The notes below the pieces were generated by a model that had not been told where the DNA came from, ran no database searches, and saw only the letters and a program-made list of their open reading frames with translations. DNA of 64,000 nucleotides from Thermoanaerobaculia bacterium (lineage in GTDB: Bacteria > Acidobacteriota > Thermoanaerobaculia > Multivoradales > SZUA-115), in NCBI GenBank assembly GCA_044869805.1, contig JBIOXV010000005.1:64034-128033 (forward strand). Direction: 5' to 3'. Positions 37,239 through 47,376 of this stretch are shown here, piece after piece. The translations under genes were made by a program, and so were the position numbers. Position 1 is the first letter of the stretch, and each line of letters starts with the position of its first letter.

Positions 37239-40046
37239 CTACCAGCTCACCCTCACCCCAAATCTCACCGTGGTCGGCGGGGTTCGCAACACCGCCTTCT
37301 TGTAGCCCGGGTTGACGGGTGTAGGTGAGGAGTTGTCGGCCTCCTGGAAGCCCCAGCGCTGGTCGAGGAGGATGGCGCGTTGGGCGTCGAGGACGTTGAA
37401 GACGTCGAGCAGCAGGTTGACCTTGGCCGGGCCGATCGCGAGGGGGTAGCCCAAGTGCAGATCGCCCTCGTAGATCGCCGGCATCCTGCCCTCGCCGCCG
37501 CGCTCGGTCAAGAAGAACTCGTAGCGGCCGTAGGCGTCGGAGAAGCCGTAGCGGGTGAAGGGCGTGCCGCTCTTGTAGTAGGCGGCGGCGCCGATCGAGA
37601 GCTTGAACGGCGTCAGGTACACGCCCGAGACCTTGAACTGGTGGCGGCGGTCGTTCGACAGCGGGCCGTTGTTGGTGATGCGCGTCAGGTCGCTGCCGTT
37701 GGTGAAGAAGTCGAAGTAGTCGTAGGCGGCGGTGATGTTGGGGTCGGCGCCGATGTTGGTGAACGGCGCATAGAGGCCGTCGAAGTTGCCCTCGAGCTTG
37801 GAGTAGAGGTAGGAGGCGAGACCCTGCCAGCTCTCCGAGAACCGCTTGCTGGCCGTGAGCTCGACTCCCTTGAACTCGCGCTCCGGCTTGGGCGCCGGCA
37901 GGGTGCGCGAGTAGTCGAGGGTGAAGACGCGGCTCATGATGCCTTCGCCCGGGTTGCCGATGCAGTAGGTGCCGTCGTCGGCGCAGAGGAAGTCCTCGAT
38001 CACCTGGCCGTACTCGCGATAGATCCCCTTGACGCCGACCGCGAGGTCGGGCAGCACTTGCCGCTCGTAGCCCAGCAGCGCCTCGGTGATGTACTGGTTC
38101 TCGAGGTTGGGGTCGGAGGGCTCGGTGAAGCCGCCCAGGATCGCCGACTCGGTGCCGAAATCGGCCTCGGCCTGCGGGTCGGGCACGTTGCTGGTGGGCG
38201 AGAAGTTGATGATGCGCGGCTGGCGCTCGAAGGAGAAGGAGCGGATCACGAGGTCCATCGGCAACTGCTCGTAGAAGCGGCCATAGGAGCCGAAGACCTT
38301 GGAGCTGCCGTCGGTGGCCGGGTCCCAGATGAAGCCCAGGCGCGGCGCATAGTCGTCTTTCAAGTCGATCTGCTTGGTGCCCGCGGCGTCGAAGATCTGC
38401 TGGCGGTCCCAGCGCACGCCGAAGGAGAGCGTGAAGCTCGGCCGAATCGCCCATTTGTCCTGCAGGAAGACCGTGGTGTTCTCGTGCGACGGCGAAGCGA
38501 CGAGCTGCGAGATCGGCGCGTTGCCGATGGTGGCGCCGGGGGTCGTCCAGTAGAAGTGGCGGAAGATCGGCCGCGACGGGTTGATGGAGTTCTCGAATAC
38601 GTCCACCTGCTGGCCGCCGGACATGCGCTTGGTGACCGTGGCGTCCTGGTCCTCGAGCTCGACGCCGAGCTTGACCTCGTGGCCGGTGAAGTAGCGGGTG
38701 GCCGAAGCGCCGAAGAAGTCGCGCTCGAACTCCTTGGTCTGGATCAGGCCGAAGCCGCCGGTCTGGAAGAAGTCGGCCGCCACGTCGCGGAACTGCACCA
38801 CGTCGCCGGCGGCGGTGGCCGGGCCGACCGAGTTTTCCTCCTCGTGCCGCGCCGCCTGCGCCGAGAGCACCCAGCCGGAGCCGAAGATGCCTTCGTAGCG
38901 CACGGCATAGTCCTTGCCGCCCAGCTCCTGCTTGCCGGTGTAGGTCAGCGGCTCGCCGTTGATCGAGTGCGAGGCGTCGGAGATGGCGCCGGTGTCCTCG
39001 CGCGGGTCCTGGAAAAAGGAGCCGACCAGCGACTGGCCTTCGGTGAGCTTGTAGGTCAGCTTCAGGGCGCCTAAGTCGCGCTGGCTCTCGCCGTCCGCCA
39101 CGATGCGGTTCAGGTCGGTGAACACCTGGTTGGTGTTGGTGTTCTCGACCCGGTCGTAGGCGGCGAAGAACCACAGCCGGTCCTTGATCATGTAGCCGCC
39201 GAGGTCGAAGCCGTAGTCCTCGCGCCCGAACCCGACGGTGGTGCCGCTGGTGGCGACGATGGTCTCGGCGTCTCTCTGCACCGAGTCGCTGTCGTAGTAG
39301 GCGAACACGTCGCCGTGGAGCTCGTTGCCGCCGGACTTGGTGATGACGTTGATGATGCCGCCGGTCGACTTGCCGAACTCCGCCTCGTAGCCGCCGGTCT
39401 TGACGTCGATCGCCTCGATGAACTCGAAGTTCAGCTCCTTGCCCTGGAAGCCGTACTCGACGCCGGTGGTGTTGACGCCGTCGATGTAGAACACGTTCTC
39501 GGCGCCGGTCGAGCCGTAGACCGTGATCGTCGACTGGTTGCGGTTCTCGGGGTTGGCGTCGGAGGAGGTGCCGGGCGCGATCTGCACCAGCGAGCTGTAG
39601 TTGCGGCCGGTGGGCAGGGTCTCGATGGCCAGCGTGTCGAGGTTGGTGCCGAGAGCGGTCGAGGTGCCGTCGATCACCGGCACGACCCCGGTGACAGTGA
39701 TCTCCTCGCTCGCCGCGGCCGACAGCTCGACGTTCAAGGTGGTGTCGCGGTCGAGGGCGACGGCGACCTCTTCCCGCCGCGCGGTGGCGAAGCCCGAGAG
39801 GCTGGCGGTCAAGGTGTAGCTGCCGGGAGGCAGCAGGGTGAGGCGGTAGGTGCCGGTCGCGTCCGTGGTGGCGACGCGGGCGCCCTGCAGCGCCGGGCTG
39901 GTGGCCTCGACGGTGACGCCGGGCAGCGCGCCCTGCTGCTCGTCGGTCACCCGCCCGACGATGCCGCCCGTGGTCTGCGCGAGCACGGGTACGGTAACCA
40001 GCGCGAGCAACGGCAACACCGAGAGCGATCTGTGGACGGGCCTCAT
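37239..40046 (-). CDS. TonB-dependent outer-membrane receptor with N-terminal carboxypeptidase-regulatory-like domain (Acidobacterial Oar-like)
   Basis: Start at MRPVHRSLSVLPLLALVTVPVLAQ (ATG at 40046), inside the 1664-aa fused track ORF. CarboxypepD_reg (GIVGRVTDEQQGALPGVTV...TGTYRL), plug (ITVYGSTGAENVFYIDGVNTT), beta-barrel, and a C-terminal aromatic residue (RVSW). Confidence 0.85.
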   Translation of the reverse strand: MRPVHRSLSVLPLLALVTVPVLAQTTGGIVGRVTDEQQGALPGVTVEATSPALQGARVATTDATGTYRLTLLPPGSYTLTASLSGFATARREEVAVALDRDTTLNVELSAAASEEITVTGVVPVIDGTSTALGTNLDTLAIETLPTGRNYSSLVQIAPGTSSDANPENRNQSTITVYGSTGAENVFYIDGVNTTGVEYGFQGKELNFEFIEAIDVKTGGYEAEFGKSTGGIINVITKSGGNELHGDVFAYYDSDSVQRDAETIVATSGTTVGFGREDYGFDLGGYMIKDRLWFFAAYDRVENTNTNQVFTDLNRIVADGESQRDLGALKLTYKLTEGQSLVGSFFQDPREDTGAISDASHSINGEPLTYTGKQELGGKDYAVRYEGIFGSGWVLSAQAARHEEENSVGPATAAGDVVQFRDVAADFFQTGGFGLIQTKEFERDFFGASATRYFTGHEVKLGVELEDQDATVTKRMSGGQQVDVFENSINPSRPIFRHFYWTTPGATIGNAPISQLVASPSHENTTVFLQDKWAIRPSFTLSFGVRWDRQQIFDAAGTKQIDLKDDYAPRLGFIWDPATDGSSKVFGSYGRFYEQLPMDLVIRSFSFERQPRIINFSPTSNVPDPQAEADFGTESAILGGFTEPSDPNLENQYITEALLGYERQVLPDLAVGVKGIYREYGQVIEDFLCADDGTYCIGNPGEGIMSRVFTLDYSRTLPAPKPEREFKGVELTASKRFSESWQGLASYLYSKLEGNFDGLYAPFTNIGADPNITAAYDYFDFFTNGSDLTRITNNGPLSNDRRHQFKVSGVYLTPFKLSIGAAAYYKSGTPFTRYGFSDAYGRYEFFLTERGGEGRMPAIYEGDLHLGYPLAIGPAKVNLLLDVFNVLDAQRAILLDQRWGFQEADNSSPTPVNPGYKKAVLRTPPTTVRFGVRVSW

Positions 40047-40105
40047 CGACTCCTCCTCCCCTCGCGGGGCCGGCGATTTCACAGCTTTGTGACGCGGCAA
40101 GTCTA

Positions 40106-42121
40106 CTACGGCGAGTTGGGGATCGAAGCCAGGAACTCCCGCACCTCGGGCTGGTTTGGATCGAGCTGGAGCGAGCGCGCCAGCGCCGCGCGGGCCCCCG
40201 CCGCATCGCCCAGGCAGGCGCGCGCCAGGCCGAGCGACGCGTGGGCCATGGGGTCGTCGGGCGCCAGCGCGGCGACCTGCACGAAGTCTGCGAGCGCACC
40301 GGGGCAGTCCGGGGCCTCGAGCCGGTAGCGCCCTCGCCACAGCCGCAGCATGGCGTCGTTGGGCTGTGAGGCGAGCGCCTGGTCGAGGAGCGCCGTGCCG
40401 CGCTCGCCGGCGCCCAGCGCCCGCCAGGCGCGGGCCCGCGCCACCACGTGCTCGGCGCCCTGCGGCAGGCCGGCGGCCACCGCCGCGAGCAGCAGCCGAT
40501 CGGCGCGCTCGCGCTCCCGCCCGCCGGCAAAGAGCAGGTCGGAGAGATTCCACAGCGCCGAGGCATGGGCGGGGTCCAGGGCCAGAGCACGCTCGAAGGC
40601 CTGCGCGGCCCGCTCCCCCTCGCCCCGGCCGCGCAGGATCAGGCCCTCGTTGTTGAAGGAGCCGGGGGTGCGGCTCGCCTCCGCGGCCGGCGCCGATTCC
40701 CGCGCCGGGGCCGTCTCGCCGCTGCCGATGTAGCCCAGCGCCTCGAGGCGGGCGAGCGCGGCCTCGTCCATCTCCGGGGTGCCGCGCGGCGCCGGGCGCA
40801 ACGGCGGCCGCCAGGAGCGCCGGTAGTCGACCTCCACCGCGCCCGTCGGCTCGACCCCCGGCAACGGCGGCCCGTAGAGGCCGACGCCGGGCGGCAGGCC
40901 GGCGAGCGCGGCAAGCGTGGCGCACACCCGCTCCACCCCCGCCTCCTCGCGCGGGCCGGGCGCGATCCCCTCCCCCCACAGCAGCGACACGCCTTCCCGC
41001 CGGTGCCATTTGCCGGCGGTGGCCGCGGCGGCGCTCGCCAGCGCCCGCGGCCGGCCTTCCCGCCACTGGAAACCGTGGTCCGAGGCGATCACCAGCACGG
41101 CGCCTTTGCGCTCGGCCAGCTCCCGGTACTCGGCCAGGTAGCGGTCGATTTCGCGGAAATACTGCTCGGGCACGGCGTGGTAGCGCGCGAAGTCCTCTTC
41201 GCGGATCGTCGCCTGGCGCGGCGGCGCGAAGGGCGCGAAGAGGTGGCCCACCAGGTCGGTGCCCTGGAAGTAGACGACCGCGAGGTCGGTCTCCTCGTGC
41301 GCCAGCCAGTCGGTCGCCATGCGGTGCACTGCGCGGGTCTCGAGCAGGATGCGCCGCAGGCCGGAGACGGGATGGGCGAGGGGTTCGGGCTCGGCCAGGG
41401 CGGTCTGGAAGTCGGCATCGGTGAGCCAGGGGAGATAGCCGGCGAGGGCCGAGCGGTCGAGCTCGCGCTCGGCCGCGGCGAGCGCGTCCTTCACCCACGC
41501 CTCCCGCTGCGCCGGATAGACGGCGCCCGGCGGCGGCTCGGTGGTGCTCTGCGCGGACACCATGCGGTCCGCGACCAGGAGCCCGCGCACCGGCTCGGCC
41601 GGCCAGGTGGCCCACAGGCCGAAGACCGCGACCCTTCTGCCCGCCGCTGTCGCCATGTTCCACAGCGCGGGCACCCGGCGGTCTTCGCTGCCGATGGGCT
41701 CGCGGGCGCCGGTCGCGGGGTCGAAGCGGGTGAAGTCGAGGATGCCGTGCTCGACCGGCGAGACGCCGGTCATCATCGTCGTCCAGATCAGGGGCGAGAG
41801 CGGCGGCTCGAGCGAGGTGAGCACCCCGGCGCGGCCCTCGGCCAGCAGCGCGGCCAGGGTGGGCATCACGCCGGAGGAGGCGTAGGCGTCGAGCAGCTCC
41901 CAGTCGGCGCCGTCGAGGCCGAGGAAGATCACCGGCCGGCCCGCGACCGCGGCGCGGGCGACGGCGGGCACCGGCTCGGGTGCCGGCAGCTCGCCGTGGC
42001 GCCAGCGCCGCGACCAGGCGAAGTAGGCGAGCACCGCCAACGCCGCGACGACGAAGAGGGCGGGCAGCCACGGGCGCCGCCTGCGCCTGGGCTCGGGCGG
42101 CAAGCGGGGCTTGGTGCGCAC
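40106..42121 (-). CDS. Alkaline-phosphatase-superfamily (type I phosphodiesterase/nucleotide pyrophosphatase-like) protein with C-terminal TPR domain
   Basis: N-terminal TM. Metal-site motif IFLGLDGADWELL, then SDHGF. C-terminal TPR repeats (AAQAFERALALDPAHASALWNLSDLL...). Confidence 0.75.
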   Translation of the reverse strand: MRTKPRLPPEPRRRRRPWLPALFVVAALAVLAYFAWSRRWRHGELPAPEPVPAVARAAVAGRPVIFLGLDGADWELLDAYASSGVMPTLAALLAEGRAGVLTSLEPPLSPLIWTTMMTGVSPVEHGILDFTRFDPATGAREPIGSEDRRVPALWNMATAAGRRVAVFGLWATWPAEPVRGLLVADRMVSAQSTTEPPPGAVYPAQREAWVKDALAAAERELDRSALAGYLPWLTDADFQTALAEPEPLAHPVSGLRRILLETRAVHRMATDWLAHEETDLAVVYFQGTDLVGHLFAPFAPPRQATIREEDFARYHAVPEQYFREIDRYLAEYRELAERKGAVLVIASDHGFQWREGRPRALASAAAATAGKWHRREGVSLLWGEGIAPGPREEAGVERVCATLAALAGLPPGVGLYGPPLPGVEPTGAVEVDYRRSWRPPLRPAPRGTPEMDEAALARLEALGYIGSGETAPARESAPAAEASRTPGSFNNEGLILRGRGEGERAAQAFERALALDPAHASALWNLSDLLFAGGRERERADRLLLAAVAAGLPQGAEHVVARARAWRALGAGERGTALLDQALASQPNDAMLRLWRGRYRLEAPDCPGALADFVQVAALAPDDPMAHASLGLARACLGDAAGARAALARSLQLDPNQPEVREFLASIPNSP

Positions 42122-42222
42122 GGCCGGCGGTTATAGCACGGGGCGGCCGCCGTGCCTGCCAGCAGGTGTACACTGCCCGCGCCGGCACGGTTCGTCCCAG
42201 CCGGCGTGCGAGGGAGGGAGCG

Positions 42223-43932
42223 ATGGCGGCCACGCGAGCGGGGCTCCGGCCGGGTGAAGAGCGCGCGATCTTCTGGGCGCTCGTCGTGGCGCAGCTCGTT
42301 CCTCTCTGGCTCTACCCCCACTTCCCTTCCCAGGACGGCCCGATCCACCTCGAGATCGCGAACCTCCTGCTGCGCCTCGTCGGCGAGCACGACCCCGGCG
42401 CCGCCCACTACTTCGCGGTCAACGACGCGCTCGCACCCACCTGGCTGATCTATCTCCCGCTCGCCGGGCTGATGGCCGTGGCGCCGCCGGAGATCGCGGA
42501 GCGGCTGCTCCTCACCGCCTACGCCCTGCTGTTCGCGGTCGGGCTGCGCTACGCCCTCGAGGGAGTGCGGCCTGGTGCCGGCTTCCTGGCGGTGCTCGGC
42601 TTGCCGTTCGTCTTCAGCTACCTGCTGCACATGGGTTTTTACAGCTTCTGCTTCGCCACCGCTCTCTCCCTCCTGGTGCTCGGCTTCTGGCTCCGGAGGC
42701 GGAAACACCTGAGCGCTCGCGCTGCGGCGGTGATGGCCATTCTCCTCCTCCTCGTCTACTGGTGCCACCTGGTGCCGCTGGCGATCACCCTGCTCGCCAT
42801 CGGAACGGTCGCTGTCGCCGAGCTCTCGGTCGAGCTCCGCGCCATCCGCCAAAGTGGTGAGCCGTGGCGCCGGCGAGCCCTGGTGCTCCTCGGCCGCAGC
42901 GGTCTGCCCGTGGCGGCGTGCGTCCCGGCGGCGGCCCTGCTCGTGGGATTCATGGCGCGGCAGCGTGGCGGCGAGGTCAGGCTCGTCCCGGAGCTCGACC
43001 TGGTCAAGCACCTGGCGGTGCTCTCCTCGCTGGTCTCTTTCGACTACCGCGAGCTGGTCTTCTCGGTCGGGACTCAGGCGGTCTTCGTGGTCCTCACCTT
43101 CGCCCTCCTGGTCGACCGCTATCGCCGCTGGAGCCTGAGGCGCGACGACGCGCTGCTCCTCATGGCGGTCGCGGTGGCCCTCCTCTACTTCGCGGCCCCG
43201 GTCGCCGTGGTGGGGGGCGGGCTGGTCAACCAGCGGCTGCAGCTCTTCGTGTGCTTGCTGCTCCTCCCGTGGTTCGCGAGCGACGCCGCGCTCGAACGCT
43301 GGCGCCCGGCGATCGTCGCCGCCGGCGCCGTGCTGACCCTCGGCTTCGCGGCGGTCCACGCCTGGCAGTACCGTGGCCTGAACGACCAGCTCGAGGAGTA
43401 CCTTTCGGGCGAGCCGTCCCTCCCACCGTATTCCACCATCCTCTCGCTCTCCCTGGCGCACGCCGGCGTGGGGCCGGATGGCGGGCGCCTGTCGCGGCGA
43501 GTGGAGCCCTTCCAGCACGCCTCGGGCCTGCTGGCGACGCGACGCGGCCTGATCGACCTCGACAGCTACCAGGCCTCGACCGGCTACTACCCGGTGGTCT
43601 ACCGGCCGGAGTGCGATCCCTACGCTCACCTGGGGAGCGCCGTGGATCTCGAGGAGCTTGCGGTCCCGCGCCCGCACCTCGATGGCTACCGTGGCCTCGG
43701 CTGCTCGATCGACTACCTGCTGCTCTGGGGCCTCACCGCGAGGCGCCGGAGCGATCCCGCCGTCGGCCGGCTGCTGCAGGAGATCGAGAGCCGCTCCGAG
43801 CTGGTCTTCGTGTCTCCCCCTCGCGGCCTGCTGCGCATCTACCGCACCAGAGCCGGCGGTCGGCTCACGGTCGACCCGTCGCGCTCCGCGGAAGCAGTCC
43901 CAGCCGCGCAAGCTCGCGTGCCAGTACCGTAG
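42223..43932 (+). CDS. Polytopic membrane protein of unknown function (about 12 TM)
   Basis: Start at MAATRAGLRPGE. Hydrophobic helices throughout. Convergent 68-nt overlap with the SGNH hydrolase gene. Confidence 0.6.
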   Translation: MAATRAGLRPGEERAIFWALVVAQLVPLWLYPHFPSQDGPIHLEIANLLLRLVGEHDPGAAHYFAVNDALAPTWLIYLPLAGLMAVAPPEIAERLLLTAYALLFAVGLRYALEGVRPGAGFLAVLGLPFVFSYLLHMGFYSFCFATALSLLVLGFWLRRRKHLSARAAAVMAILLLLVYWCHLVPLAITLLAIGTVAVAELSVELRAIRQSGEPWRRRALVLLGRSGLPVAACVPAAALLVGFMARQRGGEVRLVPELDLVKHLAVLSSLVSFDYRELVFSVGTQAVFVVLTFALLVDRYRRWSLRRDDALLLMAVAVALLYFAAPVAVVGGGLVNQRLQLFVCLLLLPWFASDAALERWRPAIVAAGAVLTLGFAAVHAWQYRGLNDQLEEYLSGEPSLPPYSTILSLSLAHAGVGPDGGRLSRRVEPFQHASGLLATRRGLIDLDSYQASTGYYPVVYRPECDPYAHLGSAVDLEELAVPRPHLDGYRGLGCSIDYLLLWGLTARRRSDPAVGRLLQEIESRSELVFVSPPRGLLRIYRTRAGGRLTVDPSRSAEAVPAAQARVPVP

Positions 43933-44941
43933 CCACTCTCTGGTGCCCCTCGGTGTTCCAGTGCCGATCGCGAGGGAAGCGCAGGCGCTCGAGGCCCTCG
44001 CCGGCGAGCAGGCGGTCGAGCAGCACCGGCTCGAGGCCGCGCTCGCCCAGGAAGCGGGCGGCGGCGGCCGTCGCCTCGGCGGCGCCCGGCTCGGCGCTCT
44101 CGATCAATACCACCACCAGCCTCGCGCCCTCCCGCGCGGCGTCGGCGCGGGCACCGACCAGGCTCTCGAGGCAGCTCTCCGCCGGGCGCTCGGCGGGCCG
44201 CGGCGCCACCCCACGAAGCCTCGCCGGGAGGCGCCGGAGCGCAGGCAGAGTGAGCCGCGCGAGGTGCGAGCGGCCCTCCAGGTGGGCGGTCAGAGGCCCT
44301 GCCAGCGGCCACCCCACCTCGGCCGGGTAGAGGTTGCCGCCGACGAGGTACAGCCGGTCGCGCCAGCTCGCGGCCACCAGGTAGCCGTCGAGGTAGACGA
44401 AGCCGCTGGCGCAGCGCGGGCGATCCCAGACGGCCATCAGGCTCACCAGCACCAGGCCCGGGCGCAGCACCGGGAGCAGGCGGCGCAGGCGGCAGGCCAT
44501 CTGCTCGCTGCCGTAGCCCGGCACGCCGCCGTTGTAGACGCGAAGGCTGATCTCGGCCTCGAGCACCGCCGGGTAGGCCTGACCGGCCTCGACCCCTTCG
44601 CCGAAGGTCATCGAGTCGCCGAGGGCGAGGACCGAGGGCGCCGCGGGCGCCGAGTGCGGGTGGTCGCGCAGGCCGTGGCCGTCGATCACGACCGGCACCT
44701 CGAACTCGCCCCAGCTCGAGACCTCGCGGCCGCTGAAGCCGGGGCGCAACGCATAGCCGCACGAGGCGTCCTCCTCGACCAGGAAGCGCGGGTGGTTGCC
44801 GCCGGCGAACCAGCGCGAGCCGCGGCCCGGCGCGCCGATCCCCGCGAGGCGCAGAGCTCCTTCCGCGAGCAGCAGGGCGGCGAGAATCGAGATGGCGACG
44901 AGGGCCAGCTTGCCGCGGCGGCCGGAGCGGGGGGAGGCCAT
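43865..44941 (-). CDS. SGNH/GDSL-family hydrolase (paralog class of 31538..32941)
   Basis: N-terminal TM, LALGDSMTFG, and C-terminal DRHWNTEGH. Confidence 0.65.
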   Translation of the reverse strand: MASPRSGRRGKLALVAISILAALLLAEGALRLAGIGAPGRGSRWFAGGNHPRFLVEEDASCGYALRPGFSGREVSSWGEFEVPVVIDGHGLRDHPHSAPAAPSVLALGDSMTFGEGVEAGQAYPAVLEAEISLRVYNGGVPGYGSEQMACRLRRLLPVLRPGLVLVSLMAVWDRPRCASGFVYLDGYLVAASWRDRLYLVGGNLYPAEVGWPLAGPLTAHLEGRSHLARLTLPALRRLPARLRGVAPRPAERPAESCLESLVGARADAAREGARLVVVLIESAEPGAAEATAAAARFLGERGLEPVLLDRLLAGEGLERLRFPRDRHWNTEGHQRVATVLARELARLGLLPRSATGRP

Positions 44942-44962
44942 CCGCGCGCGACTCCGAGCGGG

Positions 44963-45394
44963 TCAGAGGAGGACGAGATGCTCAGGGCCGGCACCGAGCG
45001 CCGCCGAGCGAGGGATCGAGCCGTCGAACGTCACCAGCCTGCCGCCCCGTTCGACGGCCAGCGCCAGCAGGTAGACGTCCGTCACCTGGCGCGGCCCATG
45101 AACGCGGCTGGGATCCACGCGGCCCGGATCGAGGAAGCTCATCGAGCAGGGCCAGTAGTCGTGGTGCTCCGTACTCGTCGCGTGGCGCAGGCGGGCGACC
45201 GCCTCCGGGGTCGTAACGGGGCTCGGGTAGCGCGGCTGGCTGACCACGCGCACGAAGCCATTCTGCGTCACGGCGCAGGAGGCCCAGCCGTGGCGGATCT
45301 CAGCGGAGAGCCACTGCCTGGCCCGCAGATGGTCGACGTGATCCGCGTCGAGCAGCGCCACGAGGACATTCACGTCGAGCAGGGCTCGCATCAC
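44963..45394 (-). CDS. vapC: PIN-domain toxin VapC (Rv0624-like)
   Basis: MMRALLDVNVLVALLDADH... 4-nt overlap with the upstream antitoxin. Confidence 0.75.
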   Translation of the reverse strand: MMRALLDVNVLVALLDADHVDHLRARQWLSAEIRHGWASCAVTQNGFVRVVSQPRYPSPVTTPEAVARLRHATSTEHHDYWPCSMSFLDPGRVDPSRVHGPRQVTDVYLLALAVERGGRLVTFDGSIPRSAALGAGPEHLVLL

Positions 45395-45636
45395 TCGAGT
45401 TCTTCCTCGCGCAGCTTGTCGATCAGCTCGTTGGAGACCGCCCGGCCGCGGTTCGGCAGGGGCTCGAAGCCGAAGAAGCTCTCAGGTTTCGTGGTCGTAA
45501 CCGGAGCCTGCGAACGGCGCGTCAAGGCATCCCGAGCGACCTCCGACAGGATCTCTCCGGCACTTCGCCTTTCGCGGCGTGCCCTCTCCTTGATCGCCAG
45601 GAGCACATCATCGGCAATGTCTAAGGTGGTGCGCAC
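45391..45636 (-). CDS. vapB: VapB-family antitoxin (RHH-like, MRTTLDI type)
   Basis: MRTTLDIADDVLLAIKERARRE is typical of the PF09957 VapB antitoxin family. Confidence 0.75.
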   Translation of the reverse strand: MRTTLDIADDVLLAIKERARRERRSAGEILSEVARDALTRRSQAPVTTTKPESFFGFEPLPNRGRAVSNELIDKLREEELE

Positions 45637-45702
45637 GCATCAGATGCTAGCACATCGCTTCGCGGACTCCCGGCCACCCATCGGCCACAGAGGCGATGGC
45701 AA

Positions 45703-47376
45703 TCAGATCGCTCGCCGCCAGCGCTCGACAAGCCAGGCGCAGGCGAGGAGGGCGAGCGCGGCAGCGAGGAAGGCATAGGGCGTCGAGGTGAGCCGCGGGC
45801 CCATGGCGCCGCTCCAGTCGAGGCTCGGGCTGCCGTTGACCGCCGCGTACCAGAGGGCGACGTAGAGGCCGGTGAAGAGCTTGCCGCCGCCGGTCAAGGC
45901 TCCCGCGGCAGTGGCGAAGACGGCCACGAAAGCGAGCCCCGCCAGGCCCGCGACGCCGCGGGCCGGCGACGACAGGGTGAGGCTCGCCAGTGCCGGCAGG
46001 CCGAGCGCGAGCACGAAACCGAGCGCCGCGGCGAGCTTCCAGCCCACCCGCGAGCGCGGCATGCCCGGCTGCGAGAAGACCAGTGCGGTGGTGCCGGCCA
46101 GCTTCTCGCGCGCCGCGGCCTCGGAGAGCACCGGCGCGAGAAGCAGCAGGAACGCCGCCAAGCCCAGGCGCGGCGGCGGCACGGGCACGGCCGCCGCCAG
46201 CGCGGCGGCGAGGAGCGGCCACCGCAGCGATCCGGCGCCGTGCCAGAGGAGCCGCACCTCCGCTTCCACCGACCGCCGGAAGCTCGGAGCCACGGCAACC
46301 GGCGGCAGCGACCCGAGATCCTTGGCGGCGAACCCCGAGGCATCCGCCGCCGCGCTCTCCGCCATCCCGGCCGAGAGCCGCGGCCGGTCGCGCCAGGTCC
46401 GGCGCTTCGACTTCTCCCGGCCGCGGCGGCGCGACGGGTCGAAACGATCGAAGGCGGCGACCGCGAGCCCGAGGACTCCCAAGCTCCACAGGAAGACGAG
46501 CCCGCGCGATTGCGCAAAGCCCCCGGCCAGGCGCACGCCCGGCAGCAGCACCCGCCTCAGGGGCTCGTCGGTCTGGATCAGGCCGAGCGAGATTCCCTCG
46601 ACCACGCCGCCGGGCACAGCGTCGGTGATCCACTGCGTGAAGCCGGCGAGACCGGCGGGATCGAAGAGCGGGTAGCCCTGGCCGGGCCGGTGCTCGCTGA
46701 AGCCGCCGGAGCCGAGCACCGGGAGCATGAGGAAGACGAAGGTCCAGGCGAAGAAGAACAGCACCAGGCCGGCGCGCCGTCGCAGGCCCGGCGTAACGTC
46801 GAAGAGCACGGCGAAGGCGGCGGTGAAGGCCAGCCCGGGCACCACCAGCGCGGCGAAGGGAACGACGAAGTCCGCCAGCACGAAGGGACCGCTGCCGTGG
46901 AGCAAGAAGACCAGCACCCCGGCGGCGAGCGAGACGGCGCCGAGCGCCACCAGGTAGACGAAGTGCGCCGCGAGCTTGCCGGAGAGGTAGGCGGCCTTCG
47001 ACAGCGGCGTCGCGGCGAGGATGGCGCCGAGCCGCGTCTCCTCGTCGCGGCGCACCGAGCCCGCCACCAGGTAGAAGCCGATGAGGGTGAGAAAGAGTGC
47101 GGCGAGGACCGCCGCCGAGGCGCCGACGTAGGCCGAGTTGTGGACCCCGGTCGAGAGCTCGCCCGCGGCGCTCCCCCAGGACATCGACACCCAGCGGGAC
47201 TCCGGGTCGGGGATCCAGAGGAACGACAGCGCGAAGAGCGCGAAGGCGGCGACGACGGTGGACGGCGAACGCAGCCGCGTCTTGACCTCGGCCTCGACCT
47301 GGGCCCGCACCAGGCGCGCCAACCTCGGTGTGAAGGTGCTCGCTCCGACGGAGCTCGCTGTGGAGGAGGAGCTCAC
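45703..47376 (-). CDS. ABC-2 family exporter permease
   Basis: Multiple TM helices. 4-nt overlap with the upstream ATPase. Confidence 0.7.
   Translation of the reverse strand: MSSSSTASSVGASTFTPRLARLVRAQVEAEVKTRLRSPSTVVAAFALFALSFLWIPDPESRWVSMSWGSAAGELSTGVHNSAYVGASAAVLAALFLTLIGFYLVAGSVRRDEETRLGAILAATPLSKAAYLSGKLAAHFVYLVALGAVSLAAGVLVFLLHGSGPFVLADFVVPFAALVVPGLAFTAAFAVLFDVTPGLRRRAGLVLFFFAWTFVFLMLPVLGSGGFSEHRPGQGYPLFDPAGLAGFTQWITDAVPGGVVEGISLGLIQTDEPLRRVLLPGVRLAGGFAQSRGLVFLWSLGVLGLAVAAFDRFDPSRRRGREKSKRRTWRDRPRLSAGMAESAAADASGFAAKDLGSLPPVAVAPSFRRSVEAEVRLLWHGAGSLRWPLLAAALAAAVPVPPPRLGLAAFLLLLAPVLSEAAAREKLAGTTALVFSQPGMPRSRVGWKLAAALGFVLALGLPALASLTLSSPARGVAGLAGLAFVAVFATAAGALTGGGKLFTGLYVALWYAAVNGSPSLDWSGAMGPRLTSTPYAFLAAALALLACAWLVERWRRAI

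Noticed and set aside
37239-42233. 1664-aa ORF fusing the TonB receptor with upstream sequence
   Set aside because: The upstream 729 codons run in an alternate frame through the AlkP-TPR gene and are Arg/Pro/Gly-rich. A signal-peptide start (MRPVHRSL...) at 40046 gives a normal receptor.
43900-43925. Sigma-54-like TGGCAC-gcgagc-TTGC on the minus strand
   Set aside because: The spacer is 6 nt, not 5, and the site lies inside two overlapping coding regions.
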